From an uncultured bacterium (GTDB lineage: Bacteria > Oederibacteriota > Oederibacteriia > Oederibacteriales > Oederibacteriaceae): DNA of 64,000 nt. The translations under genes and the position numbers were made by a program. The notes beneath the pieces are model-generated. The model was not told the DNA's origin, did not search any database, and was given only the letters and a program-made list of their open reading frames with translations. Shown here piece by piece: positions 47,029 through 56,953 of the stretch. The stretch spans positions 800,001-864,000 of the forward strand of contig OZ218778.1 of assembly GCA_965112635.1 (NCBI GenBank), given 5' to 3'. Each line of letters begins with the position of its first letter. The first letter of the stretch is position 1.

Positions 47029-47776
47029 AGTCCTCCGTCCTTTTATCCTTGGGCGCCGTGAAAAGTTCTCCGGTCGGGCCATATTCCACCAGCTGGCCCA
47101 TCAATAGAAAAGCCGTATTGTCGGAGACCCGGGCGGCCTGTTTGACGTAGTTCGTGACCAGGATGATAGTGTATTCCTTTTTCAATTCCTGCAGGGCTTC
47201 CTCGATCTTGGCGGTGGAGATCGGGTCCAGGCCCGAGGAGGGCTCGTCGAGCAGAAGGAGTTTGGGACGCAGGGCCAGGATGCGGCTCAAGCACAGTCTC
47301 TGCTGCTGCCCGCCGGAAAGGTTGGAGGCGGGATCCTGCAGCCTGTCCTTGACCTCGTCCCAGAGGTAGGCGGCTTGGAGGGACTGTTCCACGCGGTTCT
47401 CGATCTCCTTCCGGCTCATGCCGTCCTTGAACAAGAGACCCAGGGCGATGTTGTTGAAGATGGTGCCGGGCAAGGTAATGGGTGAGGCGAAAACCATGCC
47501 GGCTTGGGCGCGGAGTTCGTAGAGGTCCACCTCCGGAGCGTTGATATCTTGGCCATCCATAAAGATCTGACCGGTCATTTTAAAACCCGGGGTGATGTCG
47601 TTAAGACGGTTGAGGCAGCGCAGGAAGGTGGTCTTGCCGCTCCGGGCCGGGCCGATCATTCCAAATATTTTATTACGGGGGATCTCCAGGGACAGGTCTT
47701 CTACGGCTTGTTCGCCATGGAACCAGACATTCAGATTTTTGACCTCGATGACGGCATTGCTTTCCATGGCGCTCAT
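47006..47776 (-). CDS. pstB: Phosphate ABC transporter ATPase PstB with degenerate Q-loop and H-switch
   Basis: [14 protein letters not shown] (Q to A), LSGGQQQRL intact, LDEP, VTNYVKQ (H to N); ends SGKFG. Confidence 0.9.
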   Translation of the reverse strand: MSAMESNAVIEVKNLNVWFHGEQAVEDLSLEIPRNKIFGMIGPARSGKTTFLRCLNRLNDITPGFKMTGQIFMDGQDINAPEVDLYELRAQAGMVFASPITLPGTIFNNIALGLLFKDGMSRKEIENRVEQSLQAAYLWDEVKDRLQDPASNLSGGQQQRLCLSRILALRPKLLLLDEPSSGLDPISTAKIEEALQELKKEYTIILVTNYVKQAARVSDNTAFLLMGQLVEYGPTGELFTAPKDKRTEDYVSGKFG

Positions 47777-48684
47777 CTCCTAAACCTCAATTTGGCCCTG
47801 AGCTTGCCGCGGGCCAGGATGGCAAAGAAATTCAAAGTAAAGGTCAGGGTCAACAGCACGAGCACGGTACCGAATAGGATGGGCTTGGTGGCTTCGACAT
47901 CCGGGGACTGCGTGGCCATGACATAGATGGAGTAACCCAATTCCATGAACTGGTCGTTGAGTTTGTGAGGGAGATAGGGGAGATAATAGGCCACCCCGGT
48001 AAAAAGTTCCGGGGCCACCTCACCGGAGCCACGGCTGATGGCCAGGATGGCGCCGGTCAAAATCCCCGCGACCGCGTTGGGCAGGACCACCTGCCGGATG
48101 ACCTGGAACCGGGTGGCGCCCACCGCGTAGGCCGCTTCGCGGAAGGCGTCGGGGACGGCCCGCAAGGATTCCTCGGTCGTCACGATGACCGTGGGCAAGG
48201 TCAAGAACGCCATGGTCAGGGCCGACCAGATGATAGCGGGCTGCCCGAAGTGCAGGGTGCCGCCGAAGAAAAGTTTGTCTATGCCGACCCCGCAGAAGTG
48301 GATCAAAAATCCCAGGCCGAACAGGCCGAACACGATGGAGGGGACCCCGGCCAGGTTTTGCACGGCCATGCGGACGATCTTGACGTAAAAAGAGTCCTGG
48401 CGGGCGTATTCGTGCAGGTAAACCGCGGTGGCTACGCCCAAGGGCACGACGGCGATGGTCATGAGGATGACCAGGGAAATGGTCCCAAAAATGGCAGGGA
48501 ATATGCCGCCCCGCGTCATCCCGGCCTCAGGGGCCTTGGTCAAGAAGCCCCAGGAAATCACGTCTTTACCGTTGTAAATGATAATTCCCAGGATGACTGT
48601 CACCATGGCGATGATGATAAGAGCGCACAACCCGGTCAGGGCCGAGAAGGTGAGACCGCTCAAACGGGTCAGCCAGCGCTTCAT
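47773..48684 (-). CDS. pstA: Phosphate ABC transporter permease PstA (copy 2)
   Basis: GGIFPAIFGT, AVYLHEY, NLAGVPSIVFGLFG, REAAYAVGAT, GEVAP. Confidence 0.94.
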   Translation of the reverse strand: MKRWLTRLSGLTFSALTGLCALIIIAMVTVILGIIIYNGKDVISWGFLTKAPEAGMTRGGIFPAIFGTISLVILMTIAVVPLGVATAVYLHEYARQDSFYVKIVRMAVQNLAGVPSIVFGLFGLGFLIHFCGVGIDKLFFGGTLHFGQPAIIWSALTMAFLTLPTVIVTTEESLRAVPDAFREAAYAVGATRFQVIRQVVLPNAVAGILTGAILAISRGSGEVAPELFTGVAYYLPYLPHKLNDQFMELGYSIYVMATQSPDVEATKPILFGTVLVLLTLTFTLNFFAILARGKLRAKLRFRR

Positions 48685-48760
48685 CGAACACCTCTGTAAA
48701 AAATTTTTATGATGCGTTCCCGCTCAGGGGTGTTCGTGTCCAAAAGCTTTTTGGACAGTT

Positions 48761-49738
48761 TCATTTAGAGCCTCCCGTGAGTTTGCGCCGCAGGCGATTG
48801 ACGAACCATTGGCCGGCCAGGTTGGTCAAGAAAGTGAAGATGAACAGGAACAACCCTATGAAGAAAAGGACGTGATAGTGGGAACTGCCCCGGACCACTT
48901 CGGCCAGTTCCGCGGCGATGGTGGCGGACAGGGTCCTCACGGACTGTGTAAAATCAAGGGAAACCAGGGCCGCGTTGCCCGAAGCCATCAGGACGATCAT
49001 GGTCTCGCCGATGGCCCGGCCGAACCCCAGGACGCAGGCGGCGAACACGCCGGGAAAAGCCGCGGGCAGGATGACCCGCCAGGCGGTCTGCCAGCGGGTG
49101 GCGCCCAGGGCGTCGGAGCCTTCGCGGAAACGCGTGGGCACGGCCGACAGGGCATCCTCGGTCACGGTATAGATAATAGGAATGACGGCCAGGCCTACGC
49201 CGATCCCGGCGGTGATGGCGTTGAGGCGGAAGGTCCAATGGATCATCTGCTCCAGCCAGGAAGCTAAGACCATGAGGGCGAAAAATCCCATGACCACCGA
49301 AGGGATACCGGCCAAAAGTTCAATGGCGGGTTTCATGACCTGCAAGAGCCAGGGCGGGGCAAACTCGGAGGTGAAAAGGGCGGCGCCCAGGGCCAAAGGC
49401 ACGGCGAGCAAAAGGGCCACGGCCGTGATCTTGAGCGTGCCCGCCAGCAGGGGGATCAGGGAATATTTGGGAATCTCAGAGGTGGGGATCCAAAGGAATT
49501 TGTGGGCTTGGGAATAGTTAAGGTCCTGTGGGACGTTGGGCAGAAAGAGCTTACCCAGGTCAGCTTCCTGTCTCACCTCGGGAGAAGTGAAAATCGGCAA
49601 GGCTTCCTTGCCGATAAAGATAAAGATCAGCAGCAGGGTGGCGATCACGCCAAAGGCGCTGGCGCGGATCAGAAACTCAAAGAAGTTTTCTTTCCACCGG
49701 TTCTTTTTTAAAATGAAAGACCTTACTTTAGCGTCCAA
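48761..49738 (-). CDS. pstC: Phosphate ABC transporter permease PstC (copy 2)
   Basis: ELLAGIPSVVMG, ALGATRWQT, GRAIGETM; likely TTG start at 49738. Confidence 0.93.
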   Translation of the reverse strand: MDAKVRSFILKKNRWKENFFEFLIRASAFGVIATLLLIFIFIGKEALPIFTSPEVRQEADLGKLFLPNVPQDLNYSQAHKFLWIPTSEIPKYSLIPLLAGTLKITAVALLLAVPLALGAALFTSEFAPPWLLQVMKPAIELLAGIPSVVMGFFALMVLASWLEQMIHWTFRLNAITAGIGVGLAVIPIIYTVTEDALSAVPTRFREGSDALGATRWQTAWRVILPAAFPGVFAACVLGFGRAIGETMIVLMASGNAALVSLDFTQSVRTLSATIAAELAEVVRGSSHYHVLFFIGLFLFIFTFLTNLAGQWFVNRLRRKLTGGSK

Positions 49739-49743
49739 GGGAA

Positions 49744-50586
49744 CTATTTCCCCGATCTTTTCAGCGGATAATAACCGACCTTTTGACAGACCTCCTGGCC
49801 CTGTTTGCCCGCGACCCAATCAATGAATTTCTTGGCGCTGGGAGAAGGCTGGCCGACCGTGTAAAAATAGAGGTAACGGCTAAGGGGATACTTTCTGCTC
49901 ATCACGTTCTTCATGGTCGGCTCCAGGGCTTTGCCAGTAGGCTCTTTGCTGATCTTCAGCACCTTGACCCCTTTGTTATAGCCGATGCCGCCGTAACCGA
50001 TGGCCTTTTCATCCTTGGAAACCGCGTTGACAATGGCGGCGGTGCCCGGCAAGGACTGGACCTCGGGAGCGAAATCCTTTTTGTCCAGCACATGCTCCTG
50101 GAAAAAAACATAGGTCCCGGAGTTGTTTTCCCGGCCGTAGGGCACGATGACCATATCCGCGCCCCCGACCTCTTTCCAGTTGTGGACCTGGCCCATAAAG
50201 ATCTTTTGGAGCTGGGGGAAGGAAAGCTGGTTCACCTTGTTGGAACTGTACACGTAGATACCGATGCCGTCCAAGGCCACAGGGATTTCCACGGCGGCTT
50301 TGCCCTGTTTTTCTTTTATTTCTCCCGATTCTTTGGGGCTGATGGGACGGGAGGCCATGCAGATATCCGTAGAGCCCGTGATCAAAGCGGAAATCCCGGT
50401 CCCTGACCCGCCGCCGGTGACTTGGACCACTTCGCCTGGATTGGTTTTCATATACTCCTCAGCCCATCGCTGGACCAGGATGATCATCGTGTCCGAGCCT
50501 TTGATGGTCAGGCTGCTCCCGGCCCAAAGGAGAACCGGTGTAAAGATTAATGACACAAGAAGAACGACGAGCAATTTTTTCATCAT
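49744..50586 (-). CDS. pstS: Phosphate-binding protein PstS (short GSDT/GGGSG type)
   Basis: Signal peptide, KGSDT, GGGSGTG, MASR, GRENNSGT, YPLSRYLY. Confidence 0.92.
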   Translation of the reverse strand: MMKKLLVVLLVSLIFTPVLLWAGSSLTIKGSDTMIILVQRWAEEYMKTNPGEVVQVTGGGSGTGISALITGSTDICMASRPISPKESGEIKEKQGKAAVEIPVALDGIGIYVYSSNKVNQLSFPQLQKIFMGQVHNWKEVGGADMVIVPYGRENNSGTYVFFQEHVLDKKDFAPEVQSLPGTAAIVNAVSKDEKAIGYGGIGYNKGVKVLKISKEPTGKALEPTMKNVMSRKYPLSRYLYFYTVGQPSPSAKKFIDWVAGKQGQEVCQKVGYYPLKRSGK

Positions 50587-50655
50587 TAAATCCTCCTTAA
50601 TATTTGGTATTCGCCTTGGCTGACAGGGATATTACAGAGGTTTTCCTCGGAGGGG

Positions 50656-50696
50656 TATGGTTGGTTTGTAATTTATTTGTGACATGTTTGTGACAA
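50656..50696 (-). promoter_or_regulatory. Pho-box-like array (TGTCAC type)
   Basis: Minus-strand hexamers GTCACA, GTCACA, ATTACA, ACCATA at exact 11-bp period (plus-strand starts 50689, 50678, 50667, 50656) upstream of pstS. Confidence 0.72.
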
Positions 50697-50724
50697 AGCA
50701 AGAGGAGATCGCAGCAAAACAAGG

Positions 50725-50762
50725 AAAAAACCCTGTTGGGAGCCAACTCCAACAGGGTTTTT
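50725..50762 (-). terminator. Intrinsic terminator between the two pst operons
   Basis: AAAAACCCTGTTGG-9 nt-CCAACAGGGTTTTT immediately after the phoU stop. Confidence 0.8.
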
Positions 50763-50764
50763 GA

Positions 50765-51433
50765 TCAGCCCTTTGCTTCGCGGGTGTGGCGGATATCTTC
50801 ACCGGAGACCATGTAAATCACATCTTCGGCAATATTGGTCGCATGGTCGCCGATACGCTCCAAATTTCTGGAGATAAGGATCATTTCCAGGGCCTGGGGT
50901 ATGCAGGAGGTTTCCTTGGTCATGAGCTTGAGCATTTCATCAAATATTTCGGCCTTGAGCTCATCCTCCCGGTCGTCATTTTCGAGGATTCGGCGGGCCA
51001 GTTCCACATCATGATTGACATAGGCGTCCAGGCTGTCTTTAAGCATGGCCAGAGTATGCTGGGTCATCACGGAGATGTTGGACAATTTTTCCCGCAGCTG
51101 GGGCTGCTCCAGCATGATGAGCGAAGTCTGCGATATGTTGACGGCCTGGTCGCCGATGCGTTCCAGGTCAGAGATGATCTTCATCGCGACCGTGATGAAC
51201 CGCAGGTCCACTGCCTCGGGCTGGAACAGCGCCAGCAAACGAATGCAGTTCTCGTCCGTTTCTTTATGAAGCTGGTTCACTTCCTTCTCGCAGGTGGCCA
51301 CTTCCTGGGCAAGGTCTGGTTTTCTTTCCATAAGTTCCTTGAGGGCCAGGTGGATCATCTGCTCGACCATACCGCCCATATACAAGACCCGGTTCTTGAT
51401 GATCTTCAGTTCTTCATCAAAGCGCCTTTCCAT
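50765..51433 (-). CDS. phoU: Phosphate signalling protein PhoU (copy 1)
   Basis: QPEAVDLR, DLERIGD, NLERIGDHATNIAE. Confidence 0.95.
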   Translation of the reverse strand: MERRFDEELKIIKNRVLYMGGMVEQMIHLALKELMERKPDLAQEVATCEKEVNQLHKETDENCIRLLALFQPEAVDLRFITVAMKIISDLERIGDQAVNISQTSLIMLEQPQLREKLSNISVMTQHTLAMLKDSLDAYVNHDVELARRILENDDREDELKAEIFDEMLKLMTKETSCIPQALEMILISRNLERIGDHATNIAEDVIYMVSGEDIRHTREAKG

Positions 51434-51473
51434 AGAGCTCCTTCCTTTTTGTTAAATTGGCTTGCTTGCTGGG

Positions 51474-52376
51474 CTATCCAAACCTGCCGGTGATATAAGC
51501 TTCGGTGCGTTTGTCCTGGGGAGTGGTGAACAGAATATCTGTCTTGTCAAATTCAATGAGCTGACCCATGAGCATAAAACCGGTCTTGTTGGAGACCCGG
51601 GCGGCCTGCTGCATGTTATGGGTGACGATGACGATGGTGTAGTTGGTCCGCAGTTCGTGCAGCAACTCTTCGATCTTTCCGGTCGAGATAGGGTCCAGGG
51701 CGGAGCAAGGCTCATCCATCAGGATCACTTCAGGTTCGATAGCCAGGGCCCGGGCCACGCAGAGGCGCTGCTGCTGGCCTCCGGAAAGGGCCAGCCCCGG
51801 CTTATTAAGAATATCTTTCACTTCTTCCCAAAGGGCCGCTTTGCGCAGACTTTGCTCCACGACGTCGTCGAGCTTTTTGTCCGAGGCCAGGCCGTTCAAG
51901 CGCAGTCCCACCGCGACATTTTCATAGATGGACATCGTGGGAAATGGGCTCGGCTTTTGGAAGACCATGCCGATACGGCGGCGGACCGTTACAGGGTCCA
52001 CGGATGCCCCAAAAATGCTTTTGCCGTCAAAGATGATGTCGCCTTTAAGGGTAGCGCCCGGGATGGTTTCGTGCATGCGGTTGATGCAGCGGATCAAGGT
52101 GGATTTGCCGCATCCGGAAGGGCCGATCAAGGCGGTGATCTCTCTTTCCCTAATATCCATATTTACAGAGAACAGGGCTTGTTTGGAACCGAACCAAGCG
52201 GATAGCCCGTCGATCTTAATTTTTATCTCCGCGGCCGGATTTTCCAGCTGTTCGCCTGTTTTTTCGACCGGTATTTTGACCGTTAATGTTTCCTTGGTAT
52301 TGTCCATAGGTCCTTCCTTTGGCAAGGCATTGAGGGGCTCCTTTGTCCCGACTTTATCGACCACATTGGTTTCCAT
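51474..52376 (-). CDS. pstB: Phosphate ABC transporter ATPase PstB (canonical)
   Basis: [40 protein letters not shown] all intact; start may be 52306. Confidence 0.95.
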   Translation of the reverse strand: METNVVDKVGTKEPLNALPKEGPMDNTKETLTVKIPVEKTGEQLENPAAEIKIKIDGLSAWFGSKQALFSVNMDIREREITALIGPSGCGKSTLIRCINRMHETIPGATLKGDIIFDGKSIFGASVDPVTVRRRIGMVFQKPSPFPTMSIYENVAVGLRLNGLASDKKLDDVVEQSLRKAALWEEVKDILNKPGLALSGGQQQRLCVARALAIEPEVILMDEPCSALDPISTGKIEELLHELRTNYTIVIVTHNMQQAARVSNKTGFMLMGQLIEFDKTDILFTTPQDKRTEAYITGRFG

Positions 52377-52388
52377 ATTTTTCCTTTT

Positions 52389-53240
52389 CTAAGCGCGTAT
52401 GTATTTAGCTCTTTTGAAAATCGTCCGGGCAATAAGATTGATCGTTATAACGAGGATCAAAAGGACCAAAGCGCCGCTCCAAGCCTGGGCGTGCCATTCA
52501 TTAAATGGAGAGATGGCGTAAGAGTAAACCTGGACCGTCAGCGAGGCGGTTGGCTGCAAAGCGGAAGACCAGAACTGGTTGTTAAAAGCCGTGAACAACA
52601 GAGGGGCGGTTTCGCCGCCAACCCTGGCGATAGAAAGCAGAATACCGGTCAAGATGCCGCTCCAGGCTGTTCTTACCACCACACTAAGAATGACCTTCCA
52701 ACGGGGGACTCCCAGAGCCAGGGCCGATTCGCGGACCGAATTAGGGACCAGTTTGATGAGCTCTTCGGTAGTCCTGGCCATGATGGGCACCATCATAAAG
52801 CTAAGCGCCAAGCCGCCCGCAAGCCCGGAAAAATGCCCCAGAGTCCTGACCGCCCAGGCATAGGTGACGATGCCGGTCACGATGGAGGGGACCCCGGAAA
52901 GCACATTGGAGGTGAACCTGACCAGGAACGCAAAGCGGCTTTCTTTGCCGAATTCCGCCATATAGATACCGGACAATACGCCACAAGGGATGCCAATAAC
53001 ACTGGCAATGAACAGGATGGTCAGGGAACCTACTATGGCGTTGGCCATCCCGCCTCCCGGGGTTCCGACCGGCACAGGCAAATGGGTGATAAAGGCCCAG
53101 TCCAAGCGGCCCCATCCCTGGATGACGATGTAGGTGATCAGGCTGGCTAGGGGCAAAAGGACTATCACGCAGGCCAGGCCGCAGAGAAAAACCATCAGGC
53201 GGTCCAGCAATCTCCGGCGTGCCGCTAAATTGGAGTTCAT
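52389..53240 (-). CDS. pstA: Phosphate ABC transporter permease PstA (copy 1)
   Basis: GGGMANAIVGS, LSGVPSIV, RESALALG, GETAPLLFT. Confidence 0.94.
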   Translation of the reverse strand: MNSNLAARRRLLDRLMVFLCGLACVIVLLPLASLITYIVIQGWGRLDWAFITHLPVPVGTPGGGMANAIVGSLTILFIASVIGIPCGVLSGIYMAEFGKESRFAFLVRFTSNVLSGVPSIVTGIVTYAWAVRTLGHFSGLAGGLALSFMMVPIMARTTEELIKLVPNSVRESALALGVPRWKVILSVVVRTAWSGILTGILLSIARVGGETAPLLFTAFNNQFWSSALQPTASLTVQVYSYAISPFNEWHAQAWSGALVLLILVITINLIARTIFKRAKYIRA

Positions 53241-54250
53241 GCGGCCCCCTTTGCGGATTGTTGAAATTGCCGGGAGGTCAGCCAGATTAGCATATGAGCG
53301 GCGACGTTCAAAATAAGCGTGATGACCATCAGAAGCAGGCCGATCTCGATAAGAGAGGAAAGATAAAGATTACCGGTGGCTTCGCTGAACTCATTGGCGA
53401 TAACGCTGGCCATACTATGGGCCGGGGCCAGCAGGTTGGGGGAAACCTGGGCTTTGTTGCCGATGACCATGGCGACCGCCATGGTCTCTCCCAGGGCCCG
53501 GCCAAGGGCTAGCATGATCGCTCCAAGCATCCCGGGTTTGGAAGGTTTTAAAACCGCGATCCTGATCATCTCCCAGCGGGTCGTCCCCAGAGCCAACGCG
53601 GATTCCCGCATGGTGTTGGGGACGGTTTCAAAAACCTCGCGTGAGATGGAAACGATAGTAGGCACGATCATGATGGCCAGGATAATGCCGGCTGTAAAAA
53701 GAGAAAGTCCGATAGCCGGTGCGGCAAAGAAGGGTTTGCCGATCCATTGGATAAGAAAAGGACTGACGTGGACCCGTAAAAAGGGCGCTAAAGCGAAAAT
53801 ACCCCACAGGCCATACACCACGCTGGGAATGGCGACCAGGGTTTCGACGAGAAAGGCCAGCGGCTGACGCAGGGGATAGGGCGACAATTCGGTCAGAAAA
53901 AGCGCCACGCAAAGCCCGAGCGGCACAGCCAAAAGAAGGGCCAAAAGAGAAGAGGCGACCGTACCATAAACATAAGGCAGAGCCCCGAAAAGCTCTTTGA
54001 CGGGGTCCCAAGCGGAGCTGAACAGAAAGCCAAAACCAAATTTTTGGACAGCCGGCCAGGCTGAAATGCAAAGCTGCACGGTCATGGCCAGGGCCAGGGC
54101 CAGGATCAAAAGGGCAAAAAAACCGGTGGCAAATCGAAAAATACGGTCCGCCAGGCCTTGTTTGTTGACCCATGAAACCAATGAAAAGAGCGGGAAGGGT
54201 TGTTCGCCCTTCCCGCCCTCTTTTTTTGACACCATTACAGAAGCACTCAC
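53237..54250 (-). CDS. pstC: Phosphate ABC transporter permease PstC (copy 1)
   Basis: WDPV...FGA, AIPSVVYGLWG, GRALGETMAV, IANEF. Confidence 0.94.
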   Translation of the reverse strand: MSASVMVSKKEGGKGEQPFPLFSLVSWVNKQGLADRIFRFATGFFALLILALALAMTVQLCISAWPAVQKFGFGFLFSSAWDPVKELFGALPYVYGTVASSLLALLLAVPLGLCVALFLTELSPYPLRQPLAFLVETLVAIPSVVYGLWGIFALAPFLRVHVSPFLIQWIGKPFFAAPAIGLSLFTAGIILAIMIVPTIVSISREVFETVPNTMRESALALGTTRWEMIRIAVLKPSKPGMLGAIMLALGRALGETMAVAMVIGNKAQVSPNLLAPAHSMASVIANEFSEATGNLYLSSLIEIGLLLMVITLILNVAAHMLIWLTSRQFQQSAKGAA

Positions 54251-54275
54251 CCTTCGTTCCTTTTAAAACAAGGTC

Positions 54276-55310
54276 TTAGTACTTGATCTCGGCTATCTTT
54301 GCTTTTACTTTGGCCACCAGAGAGTCGGGCAGGGGGGCATAATACAGATCTTTTTCCATGCTCATCCCCTTGTCCATAGCCCAGTTCAGATAGCTCACAA
54401 CCGCTTCGCCAATATTGTGGTCCGAGTACTTGGCATAGACCAAGATCCAGGTAAACCCGGCGATCGGGTAGGAATTCTGGCCCGGTGCGTTGGTGAACAT
54501 GATCTTAAAATTCGAGGGCATGTGCGCCAGGGCGCCTGCAGCCGCCTCCGTCACATTATCAATGGTCGCGTCCGGATAGTTGCCGGCACGGTTGCGGATA
54601 CGTGCGTAAGACAGCTTGTTCTGGAGCGCGTAGGCCAGTTCGATATAGCCCAGAGTCCCAGGGACCTGGGTGATGACCCCGGCCACCCCGTCATTACCTT
54701 TGCCGCCGACCCCGACCGGCCAGTTGACCGCGGTGCCATAACCCGCGGTAGAAGCCCATTTGGTGCTCACTTTGGTCAGGTAGTTGGTGAAAATATTGGT
54801 CGTTCCGCTGCCGTCAGAGCGATGGGCCACGTTGATGGCCATATCCGGGAGGTTCATGCCCGGATTAAGGCTCACGAGGGCTTCATCGTTCCATTTGGTG
54901 ATGTTGCCGAGGAAAATATCGGCCAGCACTTTGGGGGTCATCTTGATGCCATCCGCAACTCCCGGCAGGTTGTAGGCCAGGACCACGGCGCCCATAGCTG
55001 CAGGAAGGTGGAATACCGCTTCCCCAACGGCTTTTTCCTGTTCGTCAGTCATATAGGCATCGGTCCCCGCGAAGTTGACGGTGTGGTTGGTCAATTGCTG
55101 GATACCGCCTCCGGAACCAATGGCCTGGTAGTTGATCTGCACACTGGTGTCTTTGTTGTACTCATAACCCCACTTTTGATAGAGGGGAGCAGGAAAAGTA
55201 GCTCCCGCCCCATTGAGCGACACTCCCGCGAAACCCAGGGAGCAGGTCACGATCACGGCCGTGAGGCCCAGGGCTACACCTGCCGCGCCTTTCTTGATTA
55301 AGTTCAACAT
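54276..55310 (-). CDS. pstS: Phosphate-binding protein PstS (classical GAGATFP type)
   Basis: GAGATFP, GSGGG, FAGTD, HRSDGSGTT, GKGNDGV, YPI. Confidence 0.95.
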   Translation of the reverse strand: MLNLIKKGAAGVALGLTAVIVTCSLGFAGVSLNGAGATFPAPLYQKWGYEYNKDTSVQINYQAIGSGGGIQQLTNHTVNFAGTDAYMTDEQEKAVGEAVFHLPAAMGAVVLAYNLPGVADGIKMTPKVLADIFLGNITKWNDEALVSLNPGMNLPDMAINVAHRSDGSGTTNIFTNYLTKVSTKWASTAGYGTAVNWPVGVGGKGNDGVAGVITQVPGTLGYIELAYALQNKLSYARIRNRAGNYPDATIDNVTEAAAGALAHMPSNFKIMFTNAPGQNSYPIAGFTWILVYAKYSDHNIGEAVVSYLNWAMDKGMSMEKDLYYAPLPDSLVAKVKAKIAEIKY

Positions 55311-55344
55311 TTTTTCAATCCTCCGATTTGATCAAATTTTTTAA

Positions 55345-56907
55345 CTAGAAGCGATAACGGGTGCCGATGGTATAGAGCGAAGTCTGGCTGATACCGCTTG
55401 TGGCGAACATACCGGCTGCTGTGGAGCTGCCAGCGCTGACTTTGCTGACACCCGCCGAAGTGGTTCCCGTGGAACCGGCCACCGAGCCGCCATCCAGGGC
55501 GCCAGAGAGGTTGCTGTAGCCATAGCAGATATATATATCGCTTTTTTTGCTGAGGTAATAATCAGCAGTGAATAAATAGGTATCACGCACTCCGGAGTCA
55601 CCCTCGTTGATGACATTGCCGGCGAAATCGTTGTAGTAGGAGCAGATGAACTCCCATTCCGTGACCGGTATATATTTGATGGAAGCGTTGATGACCTGGT
55701 CAAAACGATCCTGGGCCGGTGCAGAGGTCTCAGAGTTGGCATTAGCAATGGTGTCTCCGGTGTTAGTGCTGGCGCTACTGGTCACAGCAGCGTAGGATGA
55801 ACCCGGGACCATCTGATCGCCGGTGATGTTCATAAAACCACGGTCAAAGTTGGACTGCATATAGAAACCGTAGAGCTGGATCATGGCGGGCTGAGAGCCG
55901 AGGAGCTGGCCTTTCTGGTCCAGCAGGTTGCATACCATGGCTCCGGCTTCATCATAGTGGTTATGCATGGCGCCGTCATTCTCGTTCTGGAAAGCCGCCA
56001 CGAGTTTGGTCTGCATGGGGTCGCAGTTGTAAGTCAGGCTGGCCGCATACATGCAGTTCCCGTTCAGGTCGCCCGCGGGATTGCCGAACGCGTAATCAGC
56101 GCCGACGATGAACCCGAACCAGTTGCTGCTGATATATTTGACCGACTCATCCCAGCGCAGTCCCGAATAGTTCAGGAAAAAGGTGTTTTCCTCACCATTG
56201 GTGCCGCCGTAGTTGCCCGCTGTATTGCCGCTGCCGGTGGGTTTGAATAAGACCAAGTTGCCGTGGTTGACACCGAACACGTCGCCGAGCCCGATGGCGT
56301 CAGCAAGAGTCCCGTAGGTGCGGCCCATGGTGAGCTGACCCAGGACTGTGTTGTCCAGGCCTACCCAGGCTTGACGGCCGAATAGCTGGCCCTGCTGATC
56401 AATGGCGCCGGTGCCGGGATACAGACCGCCTTCAAGGGTGGCGATAGCTTTGGTGCCATTGCCGACATTTTCCACTGCCCTAATACCCCAGCGGCTGCCT
56501 TGAAAAACGCCTTGTCCGATATCTGTCCTTATTTGGCCGGTCCCCGAATTGGTTATGTCACCACCCCCAACTGATACACCGCCTTTTCCATTGGCGTATG
56601 GATACCCCATGTTCGTGGATGAGGCCACGTTGGAGTCGATTACGCCGTAGATGGAAATACCTTTTAAAATATCTTCGGTGGCGCTTACCCTCTTGGTCAT
56701 ATCGCCAAGCGCCATGCCGACCTCTGCTTTATAGTCATCCAGGCTGGCCTGCAAGTCCGTGTCACTTGGCTTGGCCATATCCTGGGCTGAGACTGCCATC
56801 ACTGTGCCCATGGTCGCGAGCGCCACGAGCATCATCAGAAGCGCCAGGGTTCCTTTCTTGAGAATTTTTGAGGCTGAAGATTGAAACCATTTCTTTTTCT
56901 GACTCAT
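55345..56907 (-). CDS. Gram-negative porin-family protein heading pst operon 1
   Basis: Signal peptide, ISIYGVID, SRWGIR..E, LFGRQAWVGL, LTMGR, YYLSKKSDIY, C-terminal RYRF. Confidence 0.85.
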   Translation of the reverse strand: MSQKKKWFQSSASKILKKGTLALLMMLVALATMGTVMAVSAQDMAKPSDTDLQASLDDYKAEVGMALGDMTKRVSATEDILKGISIYGVIDSNVASSTNMGYPYANGKGGVSVGGGDITNSGTGQIRTDIGQGVFQGSRWGIRAVENVGNGTKAIATLEGGLYPGTGAIDQQGQLFGRQAWVGLDNTVLGQLTMGRTYGTLADAIGLGDVFGVNHGNLVLFKPTGSGNTAGNYGGTNGEENTFFLNYSGLRWDESVKYISSNWFGFIVGADYAFGNPAGDLNGNCMYAASLTYNCDPMQTKLVAAFQNENDGAMHNHYDEAGAMVCNLLDQKGQLLGSQPAMIQLYGFYMQSNFDRGFMNITGDQMVPGSSYAAVTSSASTNTGDTIANANSETSAPAQDRFDQVINASIKYIPVTEWEFICSYYNDFAGNVINEGDSGVRDTYLFTADYYLSKKSDIYICYGYSNLSGALDGGSVAGSTGTTSAGVSKVSAGSSTAAGMFATSGISQTSLYTIGTRYRF

Positions 56908-56953
56908 TGTTTCCCTCCTTGGTTAAAATTTTGCTGTAAGGTTATCTCCAGAC

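Noticed and set aside
46249-47776. Degenerate pstB copies as decaying pseudogenes
   Set aside because: Both are full length with conserved C-termini and no frameshifts, and the defects map to a single composite site, which is unlikely under random decay.
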